62,710 nucleotides of DNA from assembly GCA_019358915.1 (NCBI GenBank), contig JAHHIM010000027.1, positions 1-62,710 of the forward strand, read 5' to 3'. Of this stretch, positions 21,052 to 31,111 are shown in pieces. The notes under the pieces were generated by a model. That model searched no databases, had not been told where the DNA came from, and saw only the letters and a list, made by a program, of their open reading frames with translations. The stretch is from Trichormus sp. ATA11-4-KO1 (lineage in GTDB: Bacteria; Cyanobacteriota; Cyanobacteriia; Cyanobacteriales; Nostocaceae). The translations under genes and the position numbers were made by a program. Position 1 is the first letter of the stretch; each line of letters starts with the position of its first letter.

Positions 21052-22083
21052 GTCACGACCATGTGGTTTTAGCAAATATGTTATGTCAGGGCCAGAGGGA
21101 ATAATCCCACCTGGATTAAGCGGAAACAAATTACCATAGTAGTCGTGTTTTACACTCTCTAAATCACAAGTACCTGCGATGTCTTTCATCTGATACAGGT
21201 CACACAAGTAAGCTCCCAAATTCTCATAGTCTTGAATTCTGTAACGATTACACTTGAATAATCCATAGTACGCAATATCAAAGCGGAATAATGTTGTGAA
21301 TAGACGCACATCTGCCAGCGTGATATTGCTACCACAAAGGTATCGACTCGTTTCTAGTGCTGTATTAATTTCACCCAAAGTTGTAAACAATTCATCACAG
21401 GCTTGATTATATGCTTCTTGACTCTGAGCAAAGCCGCAACGATATACACCGTTGTTCACACTTGGGTAAATTTTTTCATTCCACCAGTCAATCTTTTGTT
21501 TAAGTTCTTCTGGATAAAGATTTAGTGGGGAATTTACAGCGAACTCATTAAATTCTGAGTTCAGCATGACAATAATCTCTGCACTCTCATTGCTGACAAT
21601 GGTCTTTGTTTGTTTGTCCCATAATACTGGAACTGTGCAGCGTCCATTATAGCCAGGGTGGGAAAGCTCATATAATTGAGCCAGAGTGTGACAACCTGCT
21701 TCTGGTTGACTAAAAATCCAACCTCCTTCAATTGGAGAAGGATAAACAACAGACATTGATATTACTTCTTCTAGTCCTTTGAGCGATCGGACAATTAAGG
21801 TTCGGTGCGCCCAAGGACAACTCATTCCCACATAAAGATGATAGCGCCCTGTGGCTGCTGGGTACAGGCTATCCTCCTTTGTACTAACAAAGTTTCTGAA
21901 CTCACTACTGGGACGAATATACTCTCCTGATGGACTACGGGGGGCAAGTTTTGACATCATCATCTGCCAAAGAGTTGTCCAAACAAACTTACCCAGTTTG
22001 ATCATCAGTTTTGGCGGGAGGGACTTTCCCTTCTTGTTTGTCTGGGAGACTTCTATCTTGTTGCCATTTTTTATCTTATTCAT
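21031..22083 (-). CDS. Glutathionyl-hydroquinone reductase-type GST (YqjG/Xi class)
   Basis: CPWAHR, TVPVLWD, NESAEI, NNGVYRCGFA, RFD..Y...FKCN, NP.GIIP.GP. Confidence 0.92.
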   Translation of the reverse strand: MNKIKNGNKIEVSQTNKKGKSLPPKLMIKLGKFVWTTLWQMMMSKLAPRSPSGEYIRPSSEFRNFVSTKEDSLYPAATGRYHLYVGMSCPWAHRTLIVRSLKGLEEVISMSVVYPSPIEGGWIFSQPEAGCHTLAQLYELSHPGYNGRCTVPVLWDKQTKTIVSNESAEIIVMLNSEFNEFAVNSPLNLYPEELKQKIDWWNEKIYPSVNNGVYRCGFAQSQEAYNQACDELFTTLGEINTALETSRYLCGSNITLADVRLFTTLFRFDIAYYGLFKCNRYRIQDYENLGAYLCDLYQMKDIAGTCDLESVKHDYYGNLFPLNPGGIIPSGPDITYLLKPHGRDQIITNS

Positions 22084-22312
22084 TGTGCTCGCTGACCCTA
22101 ACTTGGGTAGCTGTCTTCATCGCCAAATATTGCTCAATCGCCTCACGAATCAAATCTGGTACCGTACAATTTTCCAGGTCAGCCAAATTTTTCAATTCCT
22201 GCTTCATCTGTAAATTCATCAGTACTTTCACCTGTTCTGACAATGGCTTATCTCTACCATAGTTAAAGCGATACTTGGTTCCAAAATCAGGATTGCCACC
22301 AGGTCTCGCCAT
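22076..22312 (-). CDS. Small ribbon-helix-helix (CopG-like) protein
   Basis: MARPGGNP N-terminus, TVPDLIREAIEQYL. Stop overlaps the GST start. Confidence 0.75.
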   Translation of the reverse strand: MARPGGNPDFGTKYRFNYGRDKPLSEQVKVLMNLQMKQELKNLADLENCTVPDLIREAIEQYLAMKTATQVRVSEHNE

Positions 22313-22355
22313 CTGTTTTTAGTTTGCAACAACATTTTGATTATATCGTGGACAC

Positions 22356-22469
22356 TAAGTAGGACGGCGTAAATAATTAAAGGTTTGTAGTGTAAAGGCC
22401 TGACTACGAAATGAATTACAATTATGTTACATTGCAAAACACATAGTTTGATTTATGCCTACCTACTTA
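22356..22469. mobile_element. MITE
   Basis: Imperfect terminal IRs TAAGTAGGACGGCGTAAAT / ATTTATGCCTACCTACTTA, with TA at both ends. Confidence 0.65.
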
Positions 22470-22877
22470 CTTAAGTTATTACCAGCTAATGGTTAGAAAC
22501 CCGTAGTTAATAACTGTATTTGCTAAGAAAAACTAGACAAAAATTTTAGTGAATTTACATGAAATTCCACAATATTTCTTTTTAATTGAATTGTCAGTGA
22601 GTAAAAGTGCTAATTGATTGCACAAAAAGAGTGAACTATTTATACTGTTTTTCAGCTATAAATTGCTGTGATTTATTTTTACTTTCTTCGCAAAAATATT
22701 CCTTTAAGTAGTAGTATAGGCAGTGTCTACTAATCTTGTTAATAAGCAAAGACAAGAAGAGCAGGGAGACAAGCAAGAAAATTAACTTTGTCTTCTCCCA
22801 TACTCAATGTCTCATTCCCTACTCAGCACTCTTTAAAGATAGTTTTGTTTATTTAATAGGAATATAGGAATATTCTT

Positions 22878-25217
22878 ATGGATCAAGGATTAAGGCTACT
22901 AATGCAACTAGTATTAGAGTTTACACCTGTGATTGTCACTCTCATACAAAAGAGAACCGCAGAAACTTTAACTACAACCAATTATCAATTTCCAAAAGTC
23001 ATTCAAGAATTCATCCAAACGGCAAGTATTAATCCTCAGCAAAATAGTTCTGTGGTAGGATTTGCACAGCAAAAACTTCTGCAACAGCAATTAGCAGTTT
23101 TCCAGCGTGAAACACAATTACAAGTAGCAAATCAAGAAAGAGAAACAGTACTTAAATTACCAGAAGTTTACAAAATATTTGATAGCTGGCCTTTAAGACT
23201 GTATCCTTCACAAATTTTAGAGTCCCACACCAGTTATAAACGGATTCCGCTAAAAATTTTTCTTGCGCCTCCACAAGTTAAGTTTGACCAATTTGACTAT
23301 GAAACTCAAGATAATTCGCAAATAGAGCTAATGTTGGCTGAAGGTTTACGAGAATTTGTCCATAAGCATTACTCTCTGCAAAATTCCATTAGACCAACAG
23401 AATTATTGGCGGGTGCATGGGATAGTAAACGTTTTCATAGTGAATCTAGTATTAAAGCTTTGTTTGGGATGTTGAAAACAGAGCCAATTCTAATCTTAGA
23501 ATCAGAACATGATGGAGATTATTTAAATTTACGGATGGCTTATTGGGGATTAGGGCAAGAAAATTATTACTACAAAACAATTTTTCGCTTACCCTATAAA
23601 GAAATACTTCATGAATCTGCAAAAAATCGGGCTTTAAATTGGCAGAAAATTAGAGACGAGCTAATATTGCTGGGAGAAGATTTAGTAGAAATCAATCATT
23701 TAGGTAAAGATAATATACTCAATTTGGCAATTTTAGAAAAAGCAGAAAAATGGCAAGAAAAGGGTATTGATATTAGCCAATTGTCTTTAAAATACCAAGT
23801 TAATCATCAGGATTTAGAAAAACTTTGTCAGGTGTTAATTACCTGCCATTGTTTGGTTGCTGCTTGGGTAGCAGATGCTTATCACTTAGTTCATCATGAT
23901 GTGCAGCCTTTACTACCAGAGGTGCTGCCGAGTTTGCTTAAAGATACATTTGATTTACAATCTGTGCAAGAGCCATTAAGTGTGTATGCCACAGGCTATC
24001 AACAAGTTTACCAAGCGTTAGAACAGGAGCGACGTTACTGGGTGCCGGAGTTGGCTTTGCAATTAGCTCAAAGTTTATCTCATTTACCCGATCGCTCTTG
24101 GGCAAATTCACAAGTTGATTACTCTGTAAACACATGGTTGCAATTGCGTCAAGTATCACTCCAGGAATTTACTAATCCTTTAGAGGCGATGCAATCAGCT
24201 ATCAAGATTGAAGATGAAGCATATCTAGAAAAGTTAAAAGCATATTTTACGGCAGTCAGCGATGGCCAAAGTATTCTGGATGTGGAGAAGCTTTTGGATG
24301 CGATCGCTCATCTCAAACACCAACATACTTTAGCATCTCCTGGTCTTTGCTACACCATAACTGGACATTCCGGCAAAGTTGCATCTGTAGCCATCAGTCC
24401 TGATGGCGAGATGTTAATCAGTGGATGTACAGATAAAACTATCAATGTCTGGAATTTGCACACCAGTGAAAAAATCCGCACCCTCTCGGGGAATCAAGGA
24501 GAAATTTCATCGCTGGCCGTTAGTCCTGATGGCAATTTCCTTGCTGTTGGTAGTTGTGAACACCCGAGAAGTAATGTCAAAGTCTGGCATTTAAAAACAG
24601 GCAAACTACTCCACACACTTTTGGGACATCAAAAACCAGTAAATGTCGTAGCAATTAGCCCAGATGGACAAATTCTCGCCAGTGGCAGTAATAAAATCAA
24701 AATCTGGCATCTGCACAAAGGCGATCGCATTTGTACTCTTTGGCATTCGTCAGCTGTTCATGCTGTAGCTATTAGTCCAAATGGTAAAATTCTCGCCAGT
24801 GGCAGTTTTGACAGCAAAATCAGGCTGTGGAACCCACACACAGGTGATCCTTTACGCACGCTCAACGGTCATGACAATGAGGTAAACTCAATTGCTATCA
24901 GTCCTGATGGACAACTCCTCTTTAGCGGTAGCGCTGATACAACCATCAAAATTTGGCATCTGATTACAGGTAAACTGCTGCATACACTGAGTGGTCACTC
25001 AAATGCAGTCAAATCAATAGCGATTAGTTCTGACGCACAAACCCTCTTCAGTGCTAGTGCGGATACAACCATTAAAATCTGGCATCTTGCTACAGGTGAA
25101 GTGCGGCAAACTTTAACTGGACATTCAGGAACGGTAAATACTCTTTCTCTCAGTCCAGATGGTAAGTTTCTAGCTAGTGGTAGTTCTGATAGAACCATTA
25201 AAATCTGGCAAATATAG
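22878..25217 (+). CDS. WD40-repeat protein with large uncharacterised N-terminal region
   Basis: Seven GH..W repeats in the C-terminal ~290 aa. Confidence 0.92.
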   Translation: MDQGLRLLMQLVLEFTPVIVTLIQKRTAETLTTTNYQFPKVIQEFIQTASINPQQNSSVVGFAQQKLLQQQLAVFQRETQLQVANQERETVLKLPEVYKIFDSWPLRLYPSQILESHTSYKRIPLKIFLAPPQVKFDQFDYETQDNSQIELMLAEGLREFVHKHYSLQNSIRPTELLAGAWDSKRFHSESSIKALFGMLKTEPILILESEHDGDYLNLRMAYWGLGQENYYYKTIFRLPYKEILHESAKNRALNWQKIRDELILLGEDLVEINHLGKDNILNLAILEKAEKWQEKGIDISQLSLKYQVNHQDLEKLCQVLITCHCLVAAWVADAYHLVHHDVQPLLPEVLPSLLKDTFDLQSVQEPLSVYATGYQQVYQALEQERRYWVPELALQLAQSLSHLPDRSWANSQVDYSVNTWLQLRQVSLQEFTNPLEAMQSAIKIEDEAYLEKLKAYFTAVSDGQSILDVEKLLDAIAHLKHQHTLASPGLCYTITGHSGKVASVAISPDGEMLISGCTDKTINVWNLHTSEKIRTLSGNQGEISSLAVSPDGNFLAVGSCEHPRSNVKVWHLKTGKLLHTLLGHQKPVNVVAISPDGQILASGSNKIKIWHLHKGDRICTLWHSSAVHAVAISPNGKILASGSFDSKIRLWNPHTGDPLRTLNGHDNEVNSIAISPDGQLLFSGSADTTIKIWHLITGKLLHTLSGHSNAVKSIAISSDAQTLFSASADTTIKIWHLATGEVRQTLTGHSGTVNTLSLSPDGKFLASGSSDRTIKIWQI

Positions 25218-25232
25218 CAAATCGCTCAGTAT

Positions 25233-25575
25233 TAGCCCTTTCAAGGTGTAATATATTTTTCTTAACGTGAATTCGATGAACCTCACCCCAACCCCTCTCC
25301 GACACGGAGAGGGGCAAAAATCTCCCTAGTTTTGAACTAAAAATCAAGGTTTCAAAGCCTCTACGCCACTTGCTACAACGCGGGGAACCCGCGCAACGCA
25401 GTGGCTCCTCCTGGCAGGGGAGAGGTTTGGAGAGGGGTTTTTTCCACTTGTCGAACTCACGTTTTCTTAGTGTCTTAGTGGTTAAAAAAATGATATTTGA
25501 ACACAAAGACACAAAGGTGGAAAGCCTAAAATTGTGTCCAATTTTACGTGATTTTTACTCACCTTGAATGGGCTG
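25233..25575. mobile_element. MITE (TAGCCCTTTCAAGGTG ends) carrying a nested second MITE
   Basis: IRs TAGCCCTTTCAAGGTG / CACCTTGAATGGGCTG. An uninterrupted sibling is at 36733-36886. Confidence 0.8.
25264..25463. mobile_element. Nested MITE with 5-bp flanking direct repeat
   Basis: IRs AACGTGAATTCGA / TCGAACTCACGTT. TTCTT on both sides (25259-63, 25464-68). Confidence 0.8.
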
Positions 25576-25974
25576 GTGTTGAGAATAAACCTTTCATTGT
25601 GCAGCTCAACTTTGCAGTTAAATAAGGAAGTGCTGTTGGAGTCAGAAGGCTTGTACTGAGCGTAGCCGAAGTGAAGAAGGAAAATTGGTAGGGGATTTAA
25701 ACCCACCACCAATTGCAGACCACCACATCTATGATTTGGTGGGGAATTTAAACCCGTTTGGCAACAAGAAAGAAGGAAGAAGTCTTCTTTCTTCTTCCCT
25801 CTTCCTTTGTTAAATAGATGGAATTTGCAGTCAATAAAATAATCGCATCAAAGCTAGCGATCGCTCTTTTTGATCACTCCCATCTTCAGATTTTAAAAAT
25901 CCCAGTACAAAGCAGTATCCAACATTTATGCACAAATTGCTGCTGATTTTCAAATACTTTGTTTTGATTGCATG

Positions 25975-26185
25975 TATAGCCATCTGATTTGAATCGTGAG
26001 AAAATAGGAAAATTAAAACTACATATTTTTTCTTGCTCACAAATGGTTTAGGAATGCTATGGCCGTCCTAAACCATAAGTCCTGCGGACACGCTACGCTT
26101 ACTGTTGCACAAGTAGGAACCACGAAAAGGCGCGGTACGCGTTACGCGCACGTTTATTTTCACAAATCATCTAGCGATTGCCATA
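25975..26185. mobile_element. Two tandem degenerate MITE-like repeats
   Basis: Two units bounded by TATAGC/TATGGC..GCTAT/GCCATA ends with TCACAAAT sub-terminal motifs. Confidence 0.45.
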
Positions 26186-26228
26186 TCACAACAAATTATC
26201 AGAAAATTATTACAGCAACAGTGATGAT

Positions 26229-27182
26229 ATGAACTTATTACCTGCAACTACCCCAAAAACATTTAGCCTGTTAAGTATTGGTCAACGAGGAGTAGGCAAA
26301 ACAGTTTTTCTAGCTGGTAGCTACTCAGAATTACACCCTGATAATTGCTCAGACAATTCTCAGGAGTTGTGGTTTGATTGCCAGGATAGCGATGTCCAAG
26401 CAAACCTGGAAAAGATTAAAAACCATGTTGCTCGTACCAGTTCATATCCACCCCCGACAATTAAAATTACTAACTTTAACTTTAGTTTGAAACGTCAAAG
26501 TCGCTGGGGTGCGAAAACAGTATGCCATTTTCGCTGGTGGGATATTCCTGGAGAGTCATGTAATATTCGCAATCCTGATTTTCAAGAAATGATCCTGGCT
26601 TCCAATAGCTGCTGTGTATTTATTAATGCCCATGCTCTGATACAGGATCAAGACTACCCAGGCGTAATTGAAGACATTTATAACCAGGTAGCAGCGATCG
26701 CCTCCATAGTCTATCAGTATAATCTCAAATATGCCTTTGCGCTGATTTTGACTCAATGCGACCTGATCGAACTCAATCCAGTTAACCTGCAACAAATTGA
26801 GCAGAACCTGCAACCACTGATTACCTACCTTGATTTGGTGAAAGCCACTCATCAAATATTCTATTCAGCCATACCTATTGTTTCTGTAGAAGGTGTTTCC
26901 CGTCTCCAGGCTAAAGGTGCGGCGACTCCACTCCTGTGGCTGCTATCACAGCTGAATGATTCTGCCATTTCATCGCCACCAGATGTAACGAGCGGATTAA
27001 GCGAAAAATTAATTATTGGTCAAAGATTACCACCAAAAACCCGCAGGTCTATTGTCATTATGTCTTTGGTAAGTGTTGGTTTACTGGGGGCGATCGCGTC
27101 ACTTTTTTTTGCCTTCAATCTATTTACACCTTTTCCTCAACCAATGCCAACAACCGAACAAACGCCAAACTCTACTCAATAA
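26229..27182 (+). CDS. TRAFAC-type P-loop GTPase-like protein with C-terminal TM helix
   Basis: G1 GQRGVGKT, G2 PPPT, G3 WDIPGE, G4-like LTQCD, hydrophobic segment near the C-terminus. Start at MNLL assumed because upstream is MITE. Confidence 0.8.
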   Translation: MNLLPATTPKTFSLLSIGQRGVGKTVFLAGSYSELHPDNCSDNSQELWFDCQDSDVQANLEKIKNHVARTSSYPPPTIKITNFNFSLKRQSRWGAKTVCHFRWWDIPGESCNIRNPDFQEMILASNSCCVFINAHALIQDQDYPGVIEDIYNQVAAIASIVYQYNLKYAFALILTQCDLIELNPVNLQQIEQNLQPLITYLDLVKATHQIFYSAIPIVSVEGVSRLQAKGAATPLLWLLSQLNDSAISSPPDVTSGLSEKLIIGQRLPPKTRRSIVIMSLVSVGLLGAIASLFFAFNLFTPFPQPMPTTEQTPNSTQ

Positions 27183-27390
27183 TCATGACATTGCCAACTA
27201 ATCGTGAATAGGGTTTGCTAGACTATACCAACTTGAAAACAGAATGCAACAAATACAAACCCAGAAACCTAAATTGAGTTTGACTTTCTTCATGACAAAT
27301 TACATCAAGCCCTGACAGATATAGCTACCCTGACGGTGTAGCCTGCTGTGGGCTGCTATTACGAATTACGAATTATGAATTGGTATTAGT

Positions 27391-29172
27391 ATGACCCCTT
27401 TAGTTTTAGGTCAACTTATATACACTAGCTTTCCTGTCGTAGGATTTAGAACCTTGGCGAGTACACAGGTTCCCCCAGAAATTCAGCAAGCCTTCATTCA
27501 ACAAGTAGTTTATCAGTATTGGGATTCCTATGATCCTCCAAGTGCAGGATACCGAGCAGCTTATCTACATCAGCTAACCTCAGAACATAACTTGTTCGGT
27601 TGGTTATATAACGATGGAATAGATGATTTCGGTCGCAGCGATGTCCCCTACTTCGTCTGTTACTATTTAGCAGGTCAACTACAGCCCGTCCAACTCGAAA
27701 ATATTTTTATTTGCCTACGTACCGGGCCAGTAACGCTCATAAACAGGCAAATCTTACCAATTTCTTTGGAAAACTTGGTTGCTCCCGACTTTTCGAGTTA
27801 CCAACCAGTTCGTGAGGGGGTAGAGATTCCTAGAGAAATGATTGAGCAAAGCCAAATTGCCCTTCAGCAGGGAGAATTGCTCCATTTGTTTAATTGTGAT
27901 CCTGAGGAGAAAATACCAAGTATTTCTATTTCTCAGAGAAATTTAATTTCTGCCACTATAGATAAAACACCACGTTCATTAATGCCATGCATACTTTATA
28001 CAGATAAAACCCCGCCTCAAACCATTATCCAGCAAGAGTTGCCGCTAGTAATTCAGTCAGTAGAAGATTATCGCCAAATTCTCCTAGATCAAGTTCGCTT
28101 CCGAGATAGGACAGAAGTTGTTTTTCCCTTTGCTGGGAAGTTGACCTTGATGCTGGGGATGATAGCTGGTATGATTTCGCTGCTCGCTTTGATACTTGGC
28201 CGCTACTACTTTCTGAAAGTCACACCTTTTAGTGCTATTGTCCAACAAGCTCCAGATTCTATCCCAACTAAAAATCTCACTCTCACCAGAACTTTAGCTA
28301 GTCATTCAGATTCTGTGTGGTCTATTGTTCTTACCTCCAATGGTCAGACTTTGGTTAGTGCTAGTGCAGATAAAACTATTAAAGTTTGGAATTTAAATAC
28401 TGGGAAAATTGTATCCACACTTCTAGGACATAACGATACAGTCAGGGCGATCGCTCTCAGTGCAGATGGGCAAACTTTGGTCAGTGGGAGTGGAGACCAG
28501 ACGATTAAAATTTGGAATTTTCAGACCTTCGAGCTGATGAGGACAATTACCCCCAATGCTGGCCCGGTTTGGTCAGTTGCTCTTAGTGATGATGGACAGA
28601 CCTTGGTCAGTGGCAATGAAGATGGTAGCATTAAAATTTGGAACTTTCATACAGGTCAACTCCTCCGCACCATTGCAGGGCATGAGGGTCGGGTTTTTTC
28701 TGTTGCTATCAGTCCTGACGGCGAGACTTTTGCCACGGTGGGTCTTGACAAAACTATCAAAATGTGGGGTTTATATACAGGTGAACTCCTCCGCACCATT
28801 GAGGGACATGAGGATGCGGTGAGATCCGTAATCTTTAGCCGCGACGGAAAGACACTCGCCAGCGCTAGTTGGGATCAGACCATTAAGACTTGGAATGTCC
28901 AGACAGGCGAACTCCTGCACACCTTAGTAGGGCATACCTCACGGGTAGTTACTCTGGCTTTGGGACTTGATGGACAAACTCTTGCCAGTGGCAGTATTGA
29001 CAATCAGGTGAAAATTTGGGATTGGCAAACGGGAAAATTACTCCACACCCTTTCTGGTCATTCCGACTGGATATTAGCGATCGCCACTAGCCCGACAAAG
29101 CCAATCCTCGTGAGTAGCAGTAAAGACAAGACCATTCGGATTTGGCGGACTCAAATCAATAACGGGACATAG
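27391..29172 (+). CDS. GAP1-N2-like N-terminal domain + TM helix + WD40 propeller
   Basis: N-terminal GQLIYTSF..GF and D.FGR motifs, TM at ~aa 250-272, seven WD repeats. Confidence 0.85.
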   Translation: MTPLVLGQLIYTSFPVVGFRTLASTQVPPEIQQAFIQQVVYQYWDSYDPPSAGYRAAYLHQLTSEHNLFGWLYNDGIDDFGRSDVPYFVCYYLAGQLQPVQLENIFICLRTGPVTLINRQILPISLENLVAPDFSSYQPVREGVEIPREMIEQSQIALQQGELLHLFNCDPEEKIPSISISQRNLISATIDKTPRSLMPCILYTDKTPPQTIIQQELPLVIQSVEDYRQILLDQVRFRDRTEVVFPFAGKLTLMLGMIAGMISLLALILGRYYFLKVTPFSAIVQQAPDSIPTKNLTLTRTLASHSDSVWSIVLTSNGQTLVSASADKTIKVWNLNTGKIVSTLLGHNDTVRAIALSADGQTLVSGSGDQTIKIWNFQTFELMRTITPNAGPVWSVALSDDGQTLVSGNEDGSIKIWNFHTGQLLRTIAGHEGRVFSVAISPDGETFATVGLDKTIKMWGLYTGELLRTIEGHEDAVRSVIFSRDGKTLASASWDQTIKTWNVQTGELLHTLVGHTSRVVTLALGLDGQTLASGSIDNQVKIWDWQTGKLLHTLSGHSDWILAIATSPTKPILVSSSKDKTIRIWRTQINNGT

Positions 29173-29200
29173 CACTCAGCACTTTGCTATAGCTGGTAGC

Positions 29201-29742
29201 TCAGGGCAATAACTCAAAATAATCACAGTGGGTTGGACGAATAATCGAAAAGTCTCGACGATCAAGCGTGTAAATGCGAGTAATAGTTAGCCTTTCTGCT
29301 ACGGTAACGATTGCTGCATCTGTAAAATCAAGCTGACTGTCTGCATATTGCTCCAGAATCTCATGCACTCGTGCTAAATCCTCTGCGATTACAGGTTCAA
29401 CCCGAACCGCTTTGGTCGTCAGGCTAGACACAAAATGGCGCATTGCCTTATGCCCTAGCCTTGAAGCAATCAGGTAGCAAATTTCAGGTAGAACAACTAT
29501 AGGTAGGACTAATACCTCATTTGCACTCTGAGCAACAGCCAACACCCGATGGTGATTGCGATCGCTCTGGTCAACATAATTCGTAATTGATAATTCGTAA
29601 TTCGTAGTTACAATCAGTGGGGGCTTGTACCCTCTTTAATTACGAATTACGTTCGCGAAGCGTGCCGTAGGCTCTATTACGAATTAGTAATTATTTGGTC
29701 AGTTAAGGCAAATAAAAAACTGGTATCAAGTATCGCTGTCAT
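29201..29742 (-). pseudogene. PIN-domain (VapC-like) toxin disrupted by a 128-bp insert
   Basis: MTAILDTSFLFALTD|insert|QSDRNHHRV..LPE..LDFTDAA..TLDRRDF. Removing the insert restores a 137-aa ORF. Confidence 0.9.
29570..29697. mobile_element. 128-bp mini-element, copy 2
   Basis: Ends and core shared with 20920-21051; GTCA on both sides. Confidence 0.85.
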
Positions 29743-30014
29743 GCAGGATTACTCGGCTTGATATTCCAGCCATACACAGGATTAATTTCATTACGTAGAA
29801 TCTCCTCATCACGTTCTGAAACATCCTGCTGACCAGATTTGCCTAAGCCTGCAACTGCAAACAGAAAATTGGCAGCATTATTGTTAAGTTTTCTTCGTTG
29901 ATCTGATTTATAACGAAGATAGTCAAGGAAAGTAGCAAGTTCAAACAAAGCCTCATCAGGAAGGGTGCTGACTGCCTCTATTAGCTTTTGCCGTTCTACA
30001 GTAGTTCCGTCCAT
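29739..30014 (-). CDS. Putative antitoxin
   Basis: ATGA overlap with the PIN gene; DVSERDEEIL C-terminal motif. Confidence 0.75.
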   Translation of the reverse strand: MDGTTVERQKLIEAVSTLPDEALFELATFLDYLRYKSDQRRKLNNNAANFLFAVAGLGKSGQQDVSERDEEILRNEINPVYGWNIKPSNPA

Positions 30015-30387
30015 TGCTAAATCTTGAGGGAAAGGATTGTCTCTATTTTACTTCTCCACTCCCGGTAAGGCTGATTATTGATGACCACAAACAGTCAACA
30101 TTCAACCACTGTCTCCATCAAAAATTTCAGCCAGCTAACGGCTCAAATCAAAGGTTTGTTTTACGTATTGCCAGCATTATAAAGGGTTTGAGAGTCAAAG
30201 CTACCTTGTCGGCTAAACGCTTATGTATGGGTTATTTTGCTAGTTTTGCCAAGATTTTTGTAGGCTCTTATTTTGGCAAAGGTGTTGCTGGTTCTTGAGT
30301 AGAATTTGCCCTAAATCTATTGTAAACACGCTGTTAAAAGTTACTTGAGAAACAGCAAAGTATAAACAAAAAGCAACTCGTTCTACT

Positions 30388-30897
30388 TTAGCTGACTCTA
30401 ATATAAGGAACCACCCGATCCCAAATGTGAGGAAATTGTTGGCGGAAATACTCAGGCTGACCAAGTTCCATGTCACGGAAATCAAAGCCTGGTGCAACAG
30501 CTTCCCCTAATAGTCCAAATTCTCCTTCTTCTAAGACTCCTGCTTTCCAGTAGCCACCAGGAACAAGAAGTTGGGGCACTTCTCCCTTATTTAGATCTAG
30601 ACCAAGTTTACACTTTTGCAATGTGCCATTGGGATGAATGAGAAGATATGTCACCGGTGAACCAAGATGGAAGTAATGCAGAATGTCAGACTTGTTGAGA
30701 TGAAAGTAATCGATTGGGCTATCATCTGTGAGGAGATAATATATTGAAGTCATGGCTGACCTTTGCTGCCCCTCTCGATCAGTTTCAATCATCATGTCAG
30801 AACGATAAGTCTCGGCATAATAACCCCCTTCTGGGTGCATTTGCAAGGAGAATTTTTGGATTAGGTCGTGCTTATTCATAGTCATTAAATAATTCAA
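30388..30897 (-). CDS. Cupin_5 (DUF985) protein
   Basis: HPEGGYY, TSIYYLL, VAPGFDF. Confidence 0.92.
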   Translation of the reverse strand: MNYLMTMNKHDLIQKFSLQMHPEGGYYAETYRSDMMIETDREGQQRSAMTSIYYLLTDDSPIDYFHLNKSDILHYFHLGSPVTYLLIHPNGTLQKCKLGLDLNKGEVPQLLVPGGYWKAGVLEEGEFGLLGEAVAPGFDFRDMELGQPEYFRQQFPHIWDRVVPYIRVS

Positions 30898-31025
30898 TCA
30901 CTTTAAATTCACCTATTTTGACATAGTCCCTCGAAATAAAATTTTTAGCTGAAAACCCAGTTGAATTTTATGATTCCTCCTGGTTACACCCTGGGTGTTA
31001 GCTCAGTAAAAATATTTTAGCAGTG

Positions 31026-31058
31026 CGATGGGCTTACGCCCCGCCGTAGGCACTTCGC
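31026..31058. repeat. Small dispersed repeat inserted in a HIP1 site
   Basis: GCGAT-GGGCTTACGCCCCGCCGTAGGCACTT-CGC, resembling HIP1-associated small dispersed repeats of Nostoc. Confidence 0.5.
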
Positions 31059-31111
31059 TCCGCGTCAATTGATGAATACTTGGTAATTTTGTTTGCTAAA
31101 TCAAACTTTTG

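Noticed and set aside
25198..25712. Small ORFs 25198-25512, 25370-25567, 25482-25712, and similarly 34136-34612, 35318-35518, 44130-44387
   Set aside because: Translations of MITE/STRR repeats with no protein-family features.
28630..28810. Near-identical segments ACAGGT(C/G)AACTCCTCCGCACCATTG as possible DGR template/variable repeats
   Set aside because: Adjacent WD40 repeats in one ORF; no reverse transcriptase or adenine-specific pattern.
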